DNA of 64,000 nt, from the NCBI GenBank assembly GCA_001781105.1, contig MFKV01000028.1, positions 10,428 to 74,427 of the forward strand, given 5' to 3'. The notes beneath the pieces were generated by a model. It was not told where the DNA came from, made no database searches, and worked only from the letters and a program-made list of their open reading frames with translations. This stretch comes from Candidatus Kaiserbacteria bacterium RIFCSPHIGHO2_01_FULL_54_36. Lineage in GTDB: Bacteria; Patescibacteriota; Minisyncoccia; Phycocordibacterales; UBA2100. Below are positions 56,045-64,000 of the stretch, piece after piece. A program made the position numbers and the translations under genes. Each line of letters begins with the position of its first letter. Positions within the stretch are counted from its first letter, which is position 1.

Positions 56045-57118
56045 CTATTCCTGGGTGATGCCTGCAAGCGAATGCGGCTTGCCTTCGGCTATCGCCGCGT
56101 GGGTGATGCGAATGAATTGCGCTTTCTTTTCAAATTCTGAAATAGTGCGAGCGCCCACGTAGCCCATGCCGACTTGGACGCCAGAGACAAGAGTCGCGAT
56201 GATCTCAGCAACGGGGCCTTTGTAGGGCACCAGGGCCTCTACCCCTTCGGGCACGGCTTTGCGCCCATGGGTGAAGTAGCGCTCGGATCCTGATGCGCTT
56301 TTGATGACCGCTTCTGAGCCCATGCCGCGATATTCTTTGAACTTGACTCCCCCCTTCTCGACGATCTTTCCTGGCGCTTCATCGGTGCCCGCGAAAAGAT
56401 TACCGAGCATGACCGCTGAAGCTCCTGCCGCAAGTGCTTTTGCGATATCTCCTGATGTGCGGATGCCTCCGTCGGCGATAACAGGCACTTTGTACTTCTT
56501 TGCAACGGCAGCAACCTCAAGTATTGCCGATAGCTGTGGCACGCCTACACCGGAAATGAGTCGCGTCGTGCAGATAGAGCCGGGGCCTACTCCCACTTTC
56601 ACCGCATCAGCAAATTGACATGCCGCTTTTGCCGCCTCAGCGGTCGCGATGTTGCCAAATATCATTTTTGCGTGTTTGAGACTTTTCTTTATTTTCTTTG
56701 CGCTTTCAACGACATTCAAATTATGCCCGTGCGCGCAATCGATGACGACCGCGTCTACTCCCGCTTCGTCGAGCGCTTTCGCTCGGTCGGCGGCAAAAGG
56801 TCCGCATGCGGCAGCGACTTTGACGCCCGCCTTTTTCACGTGCGTGACTATCTTGACTTGCACTTCTATGGAGCAGTTACGATGAATGACACCTAAGCCC
56901 CCGAGCTTACCCAATGCAATCGCCATTTCCTCTTCTGTCACACGATCCATCGCGGCACTCAAAAAAGGCACCGCAAGAGTGATGCCGGCAATATTGGTTT
57001 TGAGAGATGCTTCTGCCGGCTCCATCGAGCTTGCCGCAGGCCGGATCAAAACATCGTCGAAGGTGAATCCTTCTTGGAGAATTTTCACACCCACTTGTGG
57101 TGAGCTGCGTCGAACCAT
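56045..57118 (-). CDS. IMP dehydrogenase/GMP reductase family protein (CBS-less)
   Basis: GPGSICTTR catalytic loop in a TIM barrel. 357 aa without a CBS subdomain, so IMPDH and GuaC cannot be separated from sequence alone. Confidence 0.8.
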   Translation of the reverse strand: MVRRSSPQVGVKILQEGFTFDDVLIRPAASSMEPAEASLKTNIAGITLAVPFLSAAMDRVTEEEMAIALGKLGGLGVIHRNCSIEVQVKIVTHVKKAGVKVAAACGPFAADRAKALDEAGVDAVVIDCAHGHNLNVVESAKKIKKSLKHAKMIFGNIATAEAAKAACQFADAVKVGVGPGSICTTRLISGVGVPQLSAILEVAAVAKKYKVPVIADGGIRTSGDIAKALAAGASAVMLGNLFAGTDEAPGKIVEKGGVKFKEYRGMGSEAVIKSASGSERYFTHGRKAVPEGVEALVPYKGPVAEIIATLVSGVQVGMGYVGARTISEFEKKAQFIRITHAAIAEGKPHSLAGITQE

Positions 57119-57147
57119 GAGCCATTATACTCTCACGAGCGAAAAAG

Positions 57148-57666
57148 TCAATGGGCTGAAATATTTTCTGCGGCTTTTTGCAATTCCGGGATACGGACAG
57201 GAGGCAGGGACTCCATGACTTCTTCACTTGGAATATGGATGCCGCCATTTCTCTGGAGTGTATAGAGTGTCACATGCGCGGGCTGCAACGGTAGGTCGAT
57301 GTTGAATTTCCGGCGTATCTCCCTGAACAACTCTTCAAGATTTGATACGCGACAACGGATTACGACAGATGCTCTCTCCCCTTCCCGCACGAAGCGGAAA
57401 TCATCCAAGAAAGCGGTGGGTTCGAACCGGTGTTGCTTCGCGAACTCGTCAAGAAAAGACATGACTGTCTCGTCGGATATGCCCGCACCATTGCGCAGAG
57501 AGGTGATGTTGAGAAGCGTGACGTGGAACTCATCTTTCTTGAGGAGCGTCAGGCCTTCCCATACGACTGTCTTCGGGAACTCTTCGAACAGTCCGGGTTC
57601 GACCGGCAGGCATATAGAATCTCCGCTCCTACCACCCCGATGAACGAAGGGCAACAGAGCGCTCAT
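57148..57666 (-). CDS. 2H phosphoesterase superfamily (LigT/ThpR-like) protein
   Basis: Two H-x-T-x motifs (FHVTLL and AHVTLY) at the expected spacing. Confidence 0.6.
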   Translation of the reverse strand: MSALLPFVHRGGRSGDSICLPVEPGLFEEFPKTVVWEGLTLLKKDEFHVTLLNITSLRNGAGISDETVMSFLDEFAKQHRFEPTAFLDDFRFVREGERASVVIRCRVSNLEELFREIRRKFNIDLPLQPAHVTLYTLQRNGGIHIPSEEVMESLPPVRIPELQKAAENISAH

Positions 57667-57669
57667 ACG

Positions 57670-59322
57670 CTATTTCTTACTCTCTATCGCCGCTTTGATG
57701 AACGCGTTGAAAAGCGGGTGCGGGGAGAGCGGGCGGGCCTTGAGTTCGGGATGGAATTGGGTGCCGAGCATAAAAGGATGCACGTTTTTGGGAAGTTCCG
57801 CGATCTCCATCAGTCGGCTGTCAGGCGAGCGGCCAGAAAATACGAGGCCTGCAGCTTCGAGCTTCTCGATGTAATCCGGATTCACTTCGTATCGATGCCG
57901 GTGCCTCTCTGAGATCGCTTTTTTCTCATATGCGTCGCTTGCAATCGTGCCTTGGACAAGATCGCACGGGTACGCACCAAGGCGCATGGTGCCGCCATAT
58001 GCCTTGCGCGCGAGCTTTGCTTTCTGCTCCGGCAGGATGGCGATGATCGGGTGCGGTGTGTTTGGATCAATCTCGGTCGTATGCGCACCTTTCAATCCCG
58101 CGACATTGCGCGCGAATTCGATGGTCATCAATTGCATGCCGTAGCAGAGGCCGAAGTATGGGATCTTGTGCTCGCGCGCGTATTTGATGGCTGCGATCTT
58201 CCCTTCAATTCCCGTTTCTCCAAATCCTCCTGGCACGATGATGCCGTCGTATTCTTTTAGCTCCGCGATAGATGCGGGTGTGCTCTCATAATTCTTGGCA
58301 TTGAGCCAGCTGATCTCTGGCTTCACCCCGTGCGCATATGCCGAGAACTTGATGGCTTCGATGACCGAAAGGTACGCGTCGGAGAGAACGAAGTCACCCG
58401 TGTCGAAATATTTGCCGACGATCCCGATCTTCACTGTGCTACGTCCGTTGTGCGCGTGATCTGCAAAATGTTTCCACTCGGAGAAATCCGGCGTCTGCTT
58501 CGGCTTCTTCCCCAAAAGATCCATGAGGAGCTCCGAGAGTTTGTCGCGTTCGAAGTTGAGCGGCACGTCGTATATCGAATCCACGTCGGGCGCGGAAATA
58601 ATTCGATCTGGCTGCACATTGCATGAAATTGATAACTTTTCCTTACGCTTTTTGTCCAAAGTATGCGTGGAACGCGCGATGATGATGTCGGGCTGTACGC
58701 CGTATGAATTGAGTTCTCGTACTGCCGTCTGTGTCGGCTTGGTTTTCATTTCCCCTATCGTGCCCGGGACTGGCAGGTAGGAAACCATCACGAAAAGAAT
58801 GTCCGATGGATGTTCGAGGTGCATCACGCGCGCGGCATCGATGAAAAGCGCATTTTGGAAATCCCCTACCGTGCCGCCGACTTCGACGACTGAAACGTCG
58901 GAGCCGGCGCGTTTCGCGGCGTGTTTAAGCCGATTAACGATCTCGTCACGTACGTGTGGGATCGCTTCAACGCATTTGCCGCCATAGCCCAAATTGCGCT
59001 CACGCGCGATGACCGACTGATAGACCATACCACTCGTCATGTAATCATCTGGCCCGAGATCGCGCCCCAAAAAACGCTCGTAGTTGCCCATGTCTTGATC
59101 GGTCTCTAATCCAGAGTCGAGGACAAACACTTCGCCATGCTCTATCGGATTCATCGTACCTGCGTCCACATTGAGATATGGATCGATCTTCACGAGATTC
59201 ACCGAGAGTCCGCGCGCCGTGAGTAGCTTGCCGATCGAGGCAGTCGCGATGCCTTTGCCGACGGCCGACATAACACCGCCCACAACAAAAACATACTTGT
59301 GTCCCGCACGCACGCGCTTCAT
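57670..59322 (-). CDS. pyrG: CTP synthase
   Basis: N-terminal synthetase domain (KYVFVVGGVMS..GKG) plus a C-terminal glutamine amidotransferase domain (GLCYGMQ). Confidence 0.97.
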   Translation of the reverse strand: MKRVRAGHKYVFVVGGVMSAVGKGIATASIGKLLTARGLSVNLVKIDPYLNVDAGTMNPIEHGEVFVLDSGLETDQDMGNYERFLGRDLGPDDYMTSGMVYQSVIARERNLGYGGKCVEAIPHVRDEIVNRLKHAAKRAGSDVSVVEVGGTVGDFQNALFIDAARVMHLEHPSDILFVMVSYLPVPGTIGEMKTKPTQTAVRELNSYGVQPDIIIARSTHTLDKKRKEKLSISCNVQPDRIISAPDVDSIYDVPLNFERDKLSELLMDLLGKKPKQTPDFSEWKHFADHAHNGRSTVKIGIVGKYFDTGDFVLSDAYLSVIEAIKFSAYAHGVKPEISWLNAKNYESTPASIAELKEYDGIIVPGGFGETGIEGKIAAIKYAREHKIPYFGLCYGMQLMTIEFARNVAGLKGAHTTEIDPNTPHPIIAILPEQKAKLARKAYGGTMRLGAYPCDLVQGTIASDAYEKKAISERHRHRYEVNPDYIEKLEAAGLVFSGRSPDSRLMEIAELPKNVHPFMLGTQFHPELKARPLSPHPLFNAFIKAAIESKK

Positions 59323-59458
59323 ACGAACTACTTTACCATGCCGCGTGAAATCGAATGCAATTCAAGGCGTGGGGAAAGCGGCGCACGAGCCGTACGAAAG
59401 TACGGTGAGTGCGCCGCGGGGGCCCCACAACGACGAAGTGCGTCGATTTCACGCGGCG

Positions 59459-60400
59459 TTACGCTCGTAAGTAGCGGCGAACGGCTAGATAACTGGACAA
59501 AGCACCAAGACCAGTACCAGTGCCCATTAGCACCAGAAAGAAGAGCGGGAAATACGCCAGGAAATAGTCGAACGAGTTGAAAGAGCCAAAGAGCAGCTCT
59601 GTCGTTGGGTCGAGCCCTATAAGGACGGGGTAATAGAGAAGGATCGGGTATAAGACCAGGAGTACAAGCGCTGCTGACACTGCGCCATACAGAACTCCCG
59701 CAACCATAAATGGGCCTCGCACGTACCAGCGGCCTGCGCCTACCAGGTTCATAACTCCGATCTCATCGCGCGAGGTATAGATCGCAAGGCGGATTGTATT
59801 GAGAACGATGAGTAGGGCGCAGATCCCTAGAAACACCGTCTTTGCGATCCCGTTCCTCTGAGACGTGGCAATGATCGTAGTGAGCCGATCGATTGCCGTC
59901 TTGTTCTGATAGAAATTCACTTTATCGATGATAGCGCCTGCTTCTGATTGGGATGCTTGTTGCGCTTCCAGATATTTTGCTATTGCTTCATATTGGCTCG
60001 TCTGCTTTGCGCGGATCTCGAGAGATGCGCCAAAAGGGTTGCTGCCGAGCTCATCAAGAGCTTGCATGGTGAGTTGGTCGCCTTTGTGTCGCGCGCGGAA
60101 GTCTTCGAGCGCCTGCTCTTTGCTCACATACGTGATCGAAGCGACTTCGGGGAGCGCCTGAATCGTTCTTTGTACCTCCTGTATTTGCAACACCGAGGCT
60201 GATGTCTTGAAGTACACACTTACGTCTACCTTGTTGGTGAGGTCATTGAGCGTTGAGCGCATGGCAGCGTTGGAGATCATGATGTTGGCGAGCATGAAGA
60301 GCATGATCGTCATCATAAGAATGGCCGACAGCGAGATGAACCCGTTGCGCACGAACCCGACGAGTCCGTATCGTGCAATCCTTTTGATAGTGGTCCACAT
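59459..60400 (-). CDS. ftsX: Cell-division ABC transporter permease FtsX
   Basis: 4-TM FtsX topology with a periplasmic loop. Sits downstream of ftsE. Confidence 0.88.
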   Translation of the reverse strand: MWTTIKRIARYGLVGFVRNGFISLSAILMMTIMLFMLANIMISNAAMRSTLNDLTNKVDVSVYFKTSASVLQIQEVQRTIQALPEVASITYVSKEQALEDFRARHKGDQLTMQALDELGSNPFGASLEIRAKQTSQYEAIAKYLEAQQASQSEAGAIIDKVNFYQNKTAIDRLTTIIATSQRNGIAKTVFLGICALLIVLNTIRLAIYTSRDEIGVMNLVGAGRWYVRGPFMVAGVLYGAVSAALVLLVLYPILLYYPVLIGLDPTTELLFGSFNSFDYFLAYFPLFFLVLMGTGTGLGALSSYLAVRRYLRA

Positions 60401-60415
60401 AGGTATATAGATATC

Positions 60416-61099
60416 TTACAACGAGTATTTCCCTTCTTTATCGTCACGTACGATCCTTCCCTGATCCATGGTGACCACGCGCCTGCCTACAGAATCCACG
60501 ACTGATTTGTTGTGCGTCGTGAGCAGGACCGTCGTACCGAGGTCGTTGATCTTCTTTAAAATACCCACGATGTCGTGCGTGTTGATCGGATCGAGGTTGC
60601 CTGTCGGCTCATCTGCGATAAGCACATCTGGCTGGTTCACGATCGCGCGCGCGATCGCCACACGTTGCTGTTCTCCGCCTGAGAGCTCATGCGGGAAGCT
60701 CCAAATTTTGTCCGAAAGGCCGACGAGGTCTAGAACATGCGGCACGTCCCCCGCGATATCCTCATCGCTTCTTCCCGCGACTTCGAGGGCAAATGCGATA
60801 TTTTCATACACATTCTTGGTGGGAAGGAGGCGGTAATCCTGGAAAATAGTGCCGATATTGCGCCTAAGCCTCAGTAGATCGTTGTCCGAGAGCTTGCTCA
60901 CGTCGCGAGTACCGAAAAAAACCGCTCCCTCGGTCGGTAAGACTTCGGCAAAGAGCATCTTGAGGAGCGTCGTCTTGCCAGCCCCCGAGTGGCCTACGAT
61001 GGAGACAAACTCGCCCGGGTCTACTCCCAGAGTAATCTCAGCGACCGCAGGTGGCGCTCCATCGGCATATATCTTCGTTACTTTGTCGAAATAAATCAT
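60416..61099 (-). CDS. ftsE: Cell-division ATP-binding protein FtsE
   Basis: Walker [13 protein letters not shown] signature LSGGEQQR, and Walker B. Confidence 0.93.
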   Translation of the reverse strand: MIYFDKVTKIYADGAPPAVAEITLGVDPGEFVSIVGHSGAGKTTLLKMLFAEVLPTEGAVFFGTRDVSKLSDNDLLRLRRNIGTIFQDYRLLPTKNVYENIAFALEVAGRSDEDIAGDVPHVLDLVGLSDKIWSFPHELSGGEQQRVAIARAIVNQPDVLIADEPTGNLDPINTHDIVGILKKINDLGTTVLLTTHNKSVVDSVGRRVVTMDQGRIVRDDKEGKYSL

Positions 61100-61157
61100 A
61101 ACAAATGGCTTCCAGCTGTCAGATTACAGCTTCTAGGAAAATGCATACAAGTAAACA

Positions 61158-62057
61158 TTATACCGCAGTCGGAGCTCCTTCCAAATTCTTTCCCGCATCT
61201 ATGAAGCCCTGGATATCGCCATTGAGTACTTTTTCGACATTTCTTTCTTCATGATCAGTGCGATGATCCTTAACCATCTGGTACGGATGAATGACATAGG
61301 AGCGGATCTGGCTGCCCCACTCAATTTTGGTTGAGGCACCCGCAGAGAGCCCACGTGATTCACGCAACTGCGCTGCTTCTTGCATGGTGTAAAGCTTGCC
61401 GCGCAACATCTCGAGCGCCTTCTCCCTATTTTGCAATTGGCTGCGCTCGCTCGTTACGTGCACGGTAAGGCCCGTCGGTTTATGCGTCATGCGCACCGCG
61501 GTATCACGCTTATTCACATTTTGACCACCCGGCCCACCTGAGCGAGCGATAGATGTTTCAAGGTCTTTTTCGGGAATATGCGTTTCCGGCAGATCCGGCA
61601 GCTTGGGCAGGACTTCGACGAGCGAAAAGCTCGTCTGGCGCTTCCCCGCGGCATTAAAAGGCGACATGCGCACTAGGCGGTGCACTCCCGCTTCGTGCTT
61701 GAGCGCGCCGTATGCGCCCTTTCCGTTTACCTCAAATGAGATACTTCGGTATCCTCCCATCGGATTTTGGTTGGAAGAAAGGAGCACTGTCTTCCATCCT
61801 TTACTCGCGCCGTACTTACCGTACATCTCAAAGAGAATGCGAGAGAAATCTTCTGCGTCGTCGCCCCCTGCGCCCGAGACTATTGTGACGAGCGCGTCGG
61901 AGCTTTCGTACCCTCCGCCGCCTACGAGCTTTGCTTTAAGGTCTTGGTACTCTTTCAGTACCATTTGGGCCTTTTCCTTATCTGCCCAAAAGTCCGCCGC
62001 GCCCATTTGGGCCTCGATCTCTGTAATGCGCGCTTCTATGGCGCCTTTTTGTTGCAT
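61158..62057 (-). CDS. prfB: Peptide chain release factor 2 (N-terminally short ORF)
   Basis: SPF tripeptide (RF2-specific) and GGQ motif. 299 aa, lacking about 65 residues relative to E. coli RF2. Confidence 0.85.
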   Translation of the reverse strand: MQQKGAIEARITEIEAQMGAADFWADKEKAQMVLKEYQDLKAKLVGGGGYESSDALVTIVSGAGGDDAEDFSRILFEMYGKYGASKGWKTVLLSSNQNPMGGYRSISFEVNGKGAYGALKHEAGVHRLVRMSPFNAAGKRQTSFSLVEVLPKLPDLPETHIPEKDLETSIARSGGPGGQNVNKRDTAVRMTHKPTGLTVHVTSERSQLQNREKALEMLRGKLYTMQEAAQLRESRGLSAGASTKIEWGSQIRSYVIHPYQMVKDHRTDHEERNVEKVLNGDIQGFIDAGKNLEGAPTAV

Positions 62058-62104
62058 TCAAAGAGTATAGCAAAGGGGAGCACGTGCGTGCTCCCGCTCG
62101 CCAT

Positions 62105-62329
62105 CTAATGATAGCGGTCCACCATCTTGAGCCCGTGGACAACCCAGTACGAGTGCCCGTCGTTTTGCGGCTCCACTTCAGCCCGACGAATGACACGGAA
62201 ACGGTTCCCAAAGATCTGATCAACGTGCCCGACCGCCGGGTCATAGTCCTCATCATGCAACGAGAAAACGACGCTGATCTTCCCATCTTCGGCATGAAGG
62301 CAGAGCAATCTCTCGCTTGGCTTGAACAT
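62105..62329 (-). CDS. Small hypothetical protein (74 aa)
   Basis: MFKPSERLLCLHAEDGKISVVFSLHDEDYDP... GGAGGT sits 7 nt upstream of the ATG. A terminator hairpin follows. Confidence 0.55.
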   Translation of the reverse strand: MFKPSERLLCLHAEDGKISVVFSLHDEDYDPAVGHVDQIFGNRFRVIRRAEVEPQNDGHSYWVVHGLKMVDRYH

Positions 62330-62401
62330 CAAGTACCTCCATGGTTGACCCTTCATCAGGAAACCATAGACAAGCCGATACTCCTAATCACTTTGCTATT
62401 G

Positions 62402-62474
62402 AGCCACCTCGCGGAATCGAACCGCGGACATCGTCTTTACGAAAGACGTGCTCTACCAACTGAGCTAAGGTGGC
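62402..62474 (-). tRNA. tRNA-Thr (anticodon CGT)
   Basis: Reverse complement is GCCACCTTAGCTCAGTTGGTAGAGCACGTCTTTCGTAAAGACGATGTCCGCGGTTCGATTCCGCGAGGTGGCT. All four stems are canonical. Confidence 0.9.
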
Positions 62475-62559
62475 AAACATCAATATCCTACGCTAAGAAA
62501 CTAGCTTTTTCAATCATTCGTTTGATTCTGGAGTCCCTATTAAAGCACGCTCGAACCTA

Positions 62560-63480
62560 TTTTGCTGAACACTCCTGATGTTCGCGCGCTCCGCGCGCGT
62601 GGTGGCTTTGTACCGGATTGTACGATTCGATTCCGTGCCTGCTCTCTCGGGCGCGCGAGTACGCCGCGCCCTCGGCCCCCGCCCCGCCGCCAATCCTCTC
62701 CGCCAAAGGCGGACAGGCATGCACATCTATTTCGCGGGGGTTTTTTGAAAATTGAATGGGCGGCGGGGTTGCGAATCGAATGCATGAAGATTCGCAAGAC
62801 CTTGCGAGCTGTTTTGGAGCGAAGCGAACAAAAGAGCCGCAAGGTGTACTGCTCCTGTAAGGAGGCGGCAAACGGCTCACATACCCGTTATGTGAGCCGT
62901 TTGGATGCGAGAATCCAAAATGCAAATCCACTGCGGATGCCACGGGTTGCGAACAGTGCCTTCGTATAGATGTTGAATTACTGCCCGCCATCCGGCGGGC
63001 AGGGTATCTCGCTAGGGCTCGTCCGGCAGTATCGGTGCGCCTACGGCGCTCCACCTTGTGGGGTGGGCACACCCACCCCCCGCTCCATCGCGCTAGTGCT
63101 CCAAAAACCCTCGTTTATACTTAGTGCCTCGCGGTGCGTCCGTTCGCTTCGTCTTTTATCGCTCATCAGTTTGATATCTTGCTACGGGTCTCATATTGCT
63201 GCCACTCCGTTTGCGTTTGTGCCTCGGCTTTTGGAGCCTCCTAGCGCGCTGCAGCTCCCCCCACCCGCGGTCAGTATTTCACTTCCACTTATTCGTACAT
63301 AGTTGCAAATCCGCTTGTGCGGGCCGGCCTCGTTACAGTCCCCCCTAGCGAGATACCTGCCCGCCAGATGGCATCCATTTTATGCACGCGCCTGCTTCGG
63401 GCAGGCGCATGACACTCGCCGCGCTTCTCGCGGCTGCGCGTCGTTTGTATATCGCATTTCACATCTGATTTTCTGCCTCC
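62560..63480. other. ORF-free, hairpin-dense GC-rich region of about 0.9 kb (candidate structured ncRNA or degenerate element)
   Basis: Numerous perfect 7-12-bp GC hairpins, plus a long-range 23-nt inverted repeat (62988-63012 against 63343-63366). Only implausible low-complexity ORFs on either strand. Confidence 0.5.
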
Positions 63481-63510
63481 TTGCAAGCAAAAGCCAAATT
63501 CAAAAATGTC

Positions 63511-63951
63511 TCAAGGTTTTGTGTAAGTTACCGCTTTTCCAGTTTTGCCAACCTGTTTTATTTTTCCTTCCTTTTCCAATGCAGAGAGATACCGTGTTGC
63601 TGTTGCGTCAGAAACGTGCAGCAACTTCTCAACTTCGTCGTTGGTGATTTTGCCTGCCCTTCGTAGCTTTAGCGTAGTAGGGCCTTTCCCATCAAGAGCT
63701 TCCAGGATCTTTTCGAGTTTCTTCTGTTTTCGGGTTTGGATCGTTGCTCGTGCTTTCACCAAGAGATCGCGCGAGGCGTGCGTGGCTTGCGGTGAGCTTG
63801 TCGAAGCCGGTGCGGGTGCCACTGACGCACTCGCCGCCTGCGGCGGCTCTGGTTCCGGAGGCAACGGCTCATTTACTGGTATTTGAGCCGATTGCGTCGG
63901 CTCGCCGGAGCCTTGCGTGGAGGGGGCGGTTTCAGGGGGAGTGGTTTGCAC
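63511..63951 (-). CDS. Winged-helix DNA-binding protein with Pro/Ala/Ser-rich N-terminal region (N-terminus may extend beyond the window)
   Basis: C-terminal ITNDEVEKLLHVSDATATRYLSALEKEGKIKQVGKTGKAVTYT is a wHTH. The frame stays open toward the window end. Confidence 0.55.
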   Translation of the reverse strand: MQTTPPETAPSTQGSGEPTQSAQIPVNEPLPPEPEPPQAASASVAPAPASTSSPQATHASRDLLVKARATIQTRKQKKLEKILEALDGKGPTTLKLRRAGKITNDEVEKLLHVSDATATRYLSALEKEGKIKQVGKTGKAVTYTKP

Positions 63952-64000
63952 AGGCTCGCTCGGCGCGACTTCGGGCGCTGGAGCAAGTTCTGCCGGTGCT

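Noticed and set aside
61978-62295. Programmed +1 frameshift N-terminal ORF for prfB
   Set aside because: The only upstream frame is a 22-codon ORF ending in TAG with no RF2-like sequence, and the hairpin there is better explained as the terminator of the 74-aa gene. A canonical recoding site is absent.
62557-63302. Overlapping 171-aa (minus) and 110-135-aa (plus) ORFs in the GC-rich region
   Set aside because: Arg/Pro/Ala-rich low-complexity products on both strands simultaneously, as expected from GC-rich non-coding sequence, with no start context or domain signal.
62480-63510. tmRNA, SRP RNA or rRNA fragment as an explanation for the structured region
   Set aside because: I could not find the tmRNA tRNA-like ends (GGGG...GGTTCGA.TCC..CCA) or a tag-peptide frame, the SRP GGAAGCAGC motif, or the 16S universal motifs. 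Left as unexplained.
1-64000. CRISPR arrays, transposase or IS elements, integrase or phage genes
   Set aside because: No regularly spaced direct repeats, and no ORF with transposase or integrase motifs, anywhere in the window. The only mobile-like signals are the low-GC R-M-like island and the two-copy roughly 165-nt repeat.

Overview
This 64-kb window is a gene-dense bacterial chromosomal segment of about 57-60% GC, and almost all genes from about 21 kb onward lie on the minus strand. Its content is consistent with a small-genome, possibly Patescibacteria/CPR-like organism, but that assignment is only an inference: MurJ, a Wzy-like ligase with TPR repeats, FemAB, RNase J, and many small DUF or hypothetical secreted proteins. 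Recognisable housekeeping genes are groES/groEL, secG, RNase J, metK, glmS, pyrG, typA, prfB, ftsE/ftsX, a DEAD-box helicase, htpX/lemA, maf, ppiB, msrB, dsbA and a guaB-like gene. RNA genes absent from the ORF track are RNase P RNA (rnpB) and three tRNAs (Ser-GGA, Gln-CTG, Thr-CGT). There is a SAM-I riboswitch in front of metK. The segments worth a second look are: (1) a low-GC island at about 36.7-38.7 kb carrying a beta-class DPPY DNA methyltransferase and two small proteins with PD-(D/E)XK-like motifs, a candidate variant R-M or defence module; (2) a Mur ligase / hydrolase / DegT::FemAB fusion operon; (3) an ORF-free, hairpin-dense GC-rich region of about 0.9 kb at 62.5-63.5 kb with a long-range 23-nt inverted repeat; (4) a roughly 165-nt repeat element present twice with compensatory stem changes; (5) several recurring palindromic and promoter-like motifs, including TATACT-N6-ATG leaderless start contexts, and a leader-peptide mimic in front of typA. 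No CRISPR array, rRNA or obvious transposase was seen.
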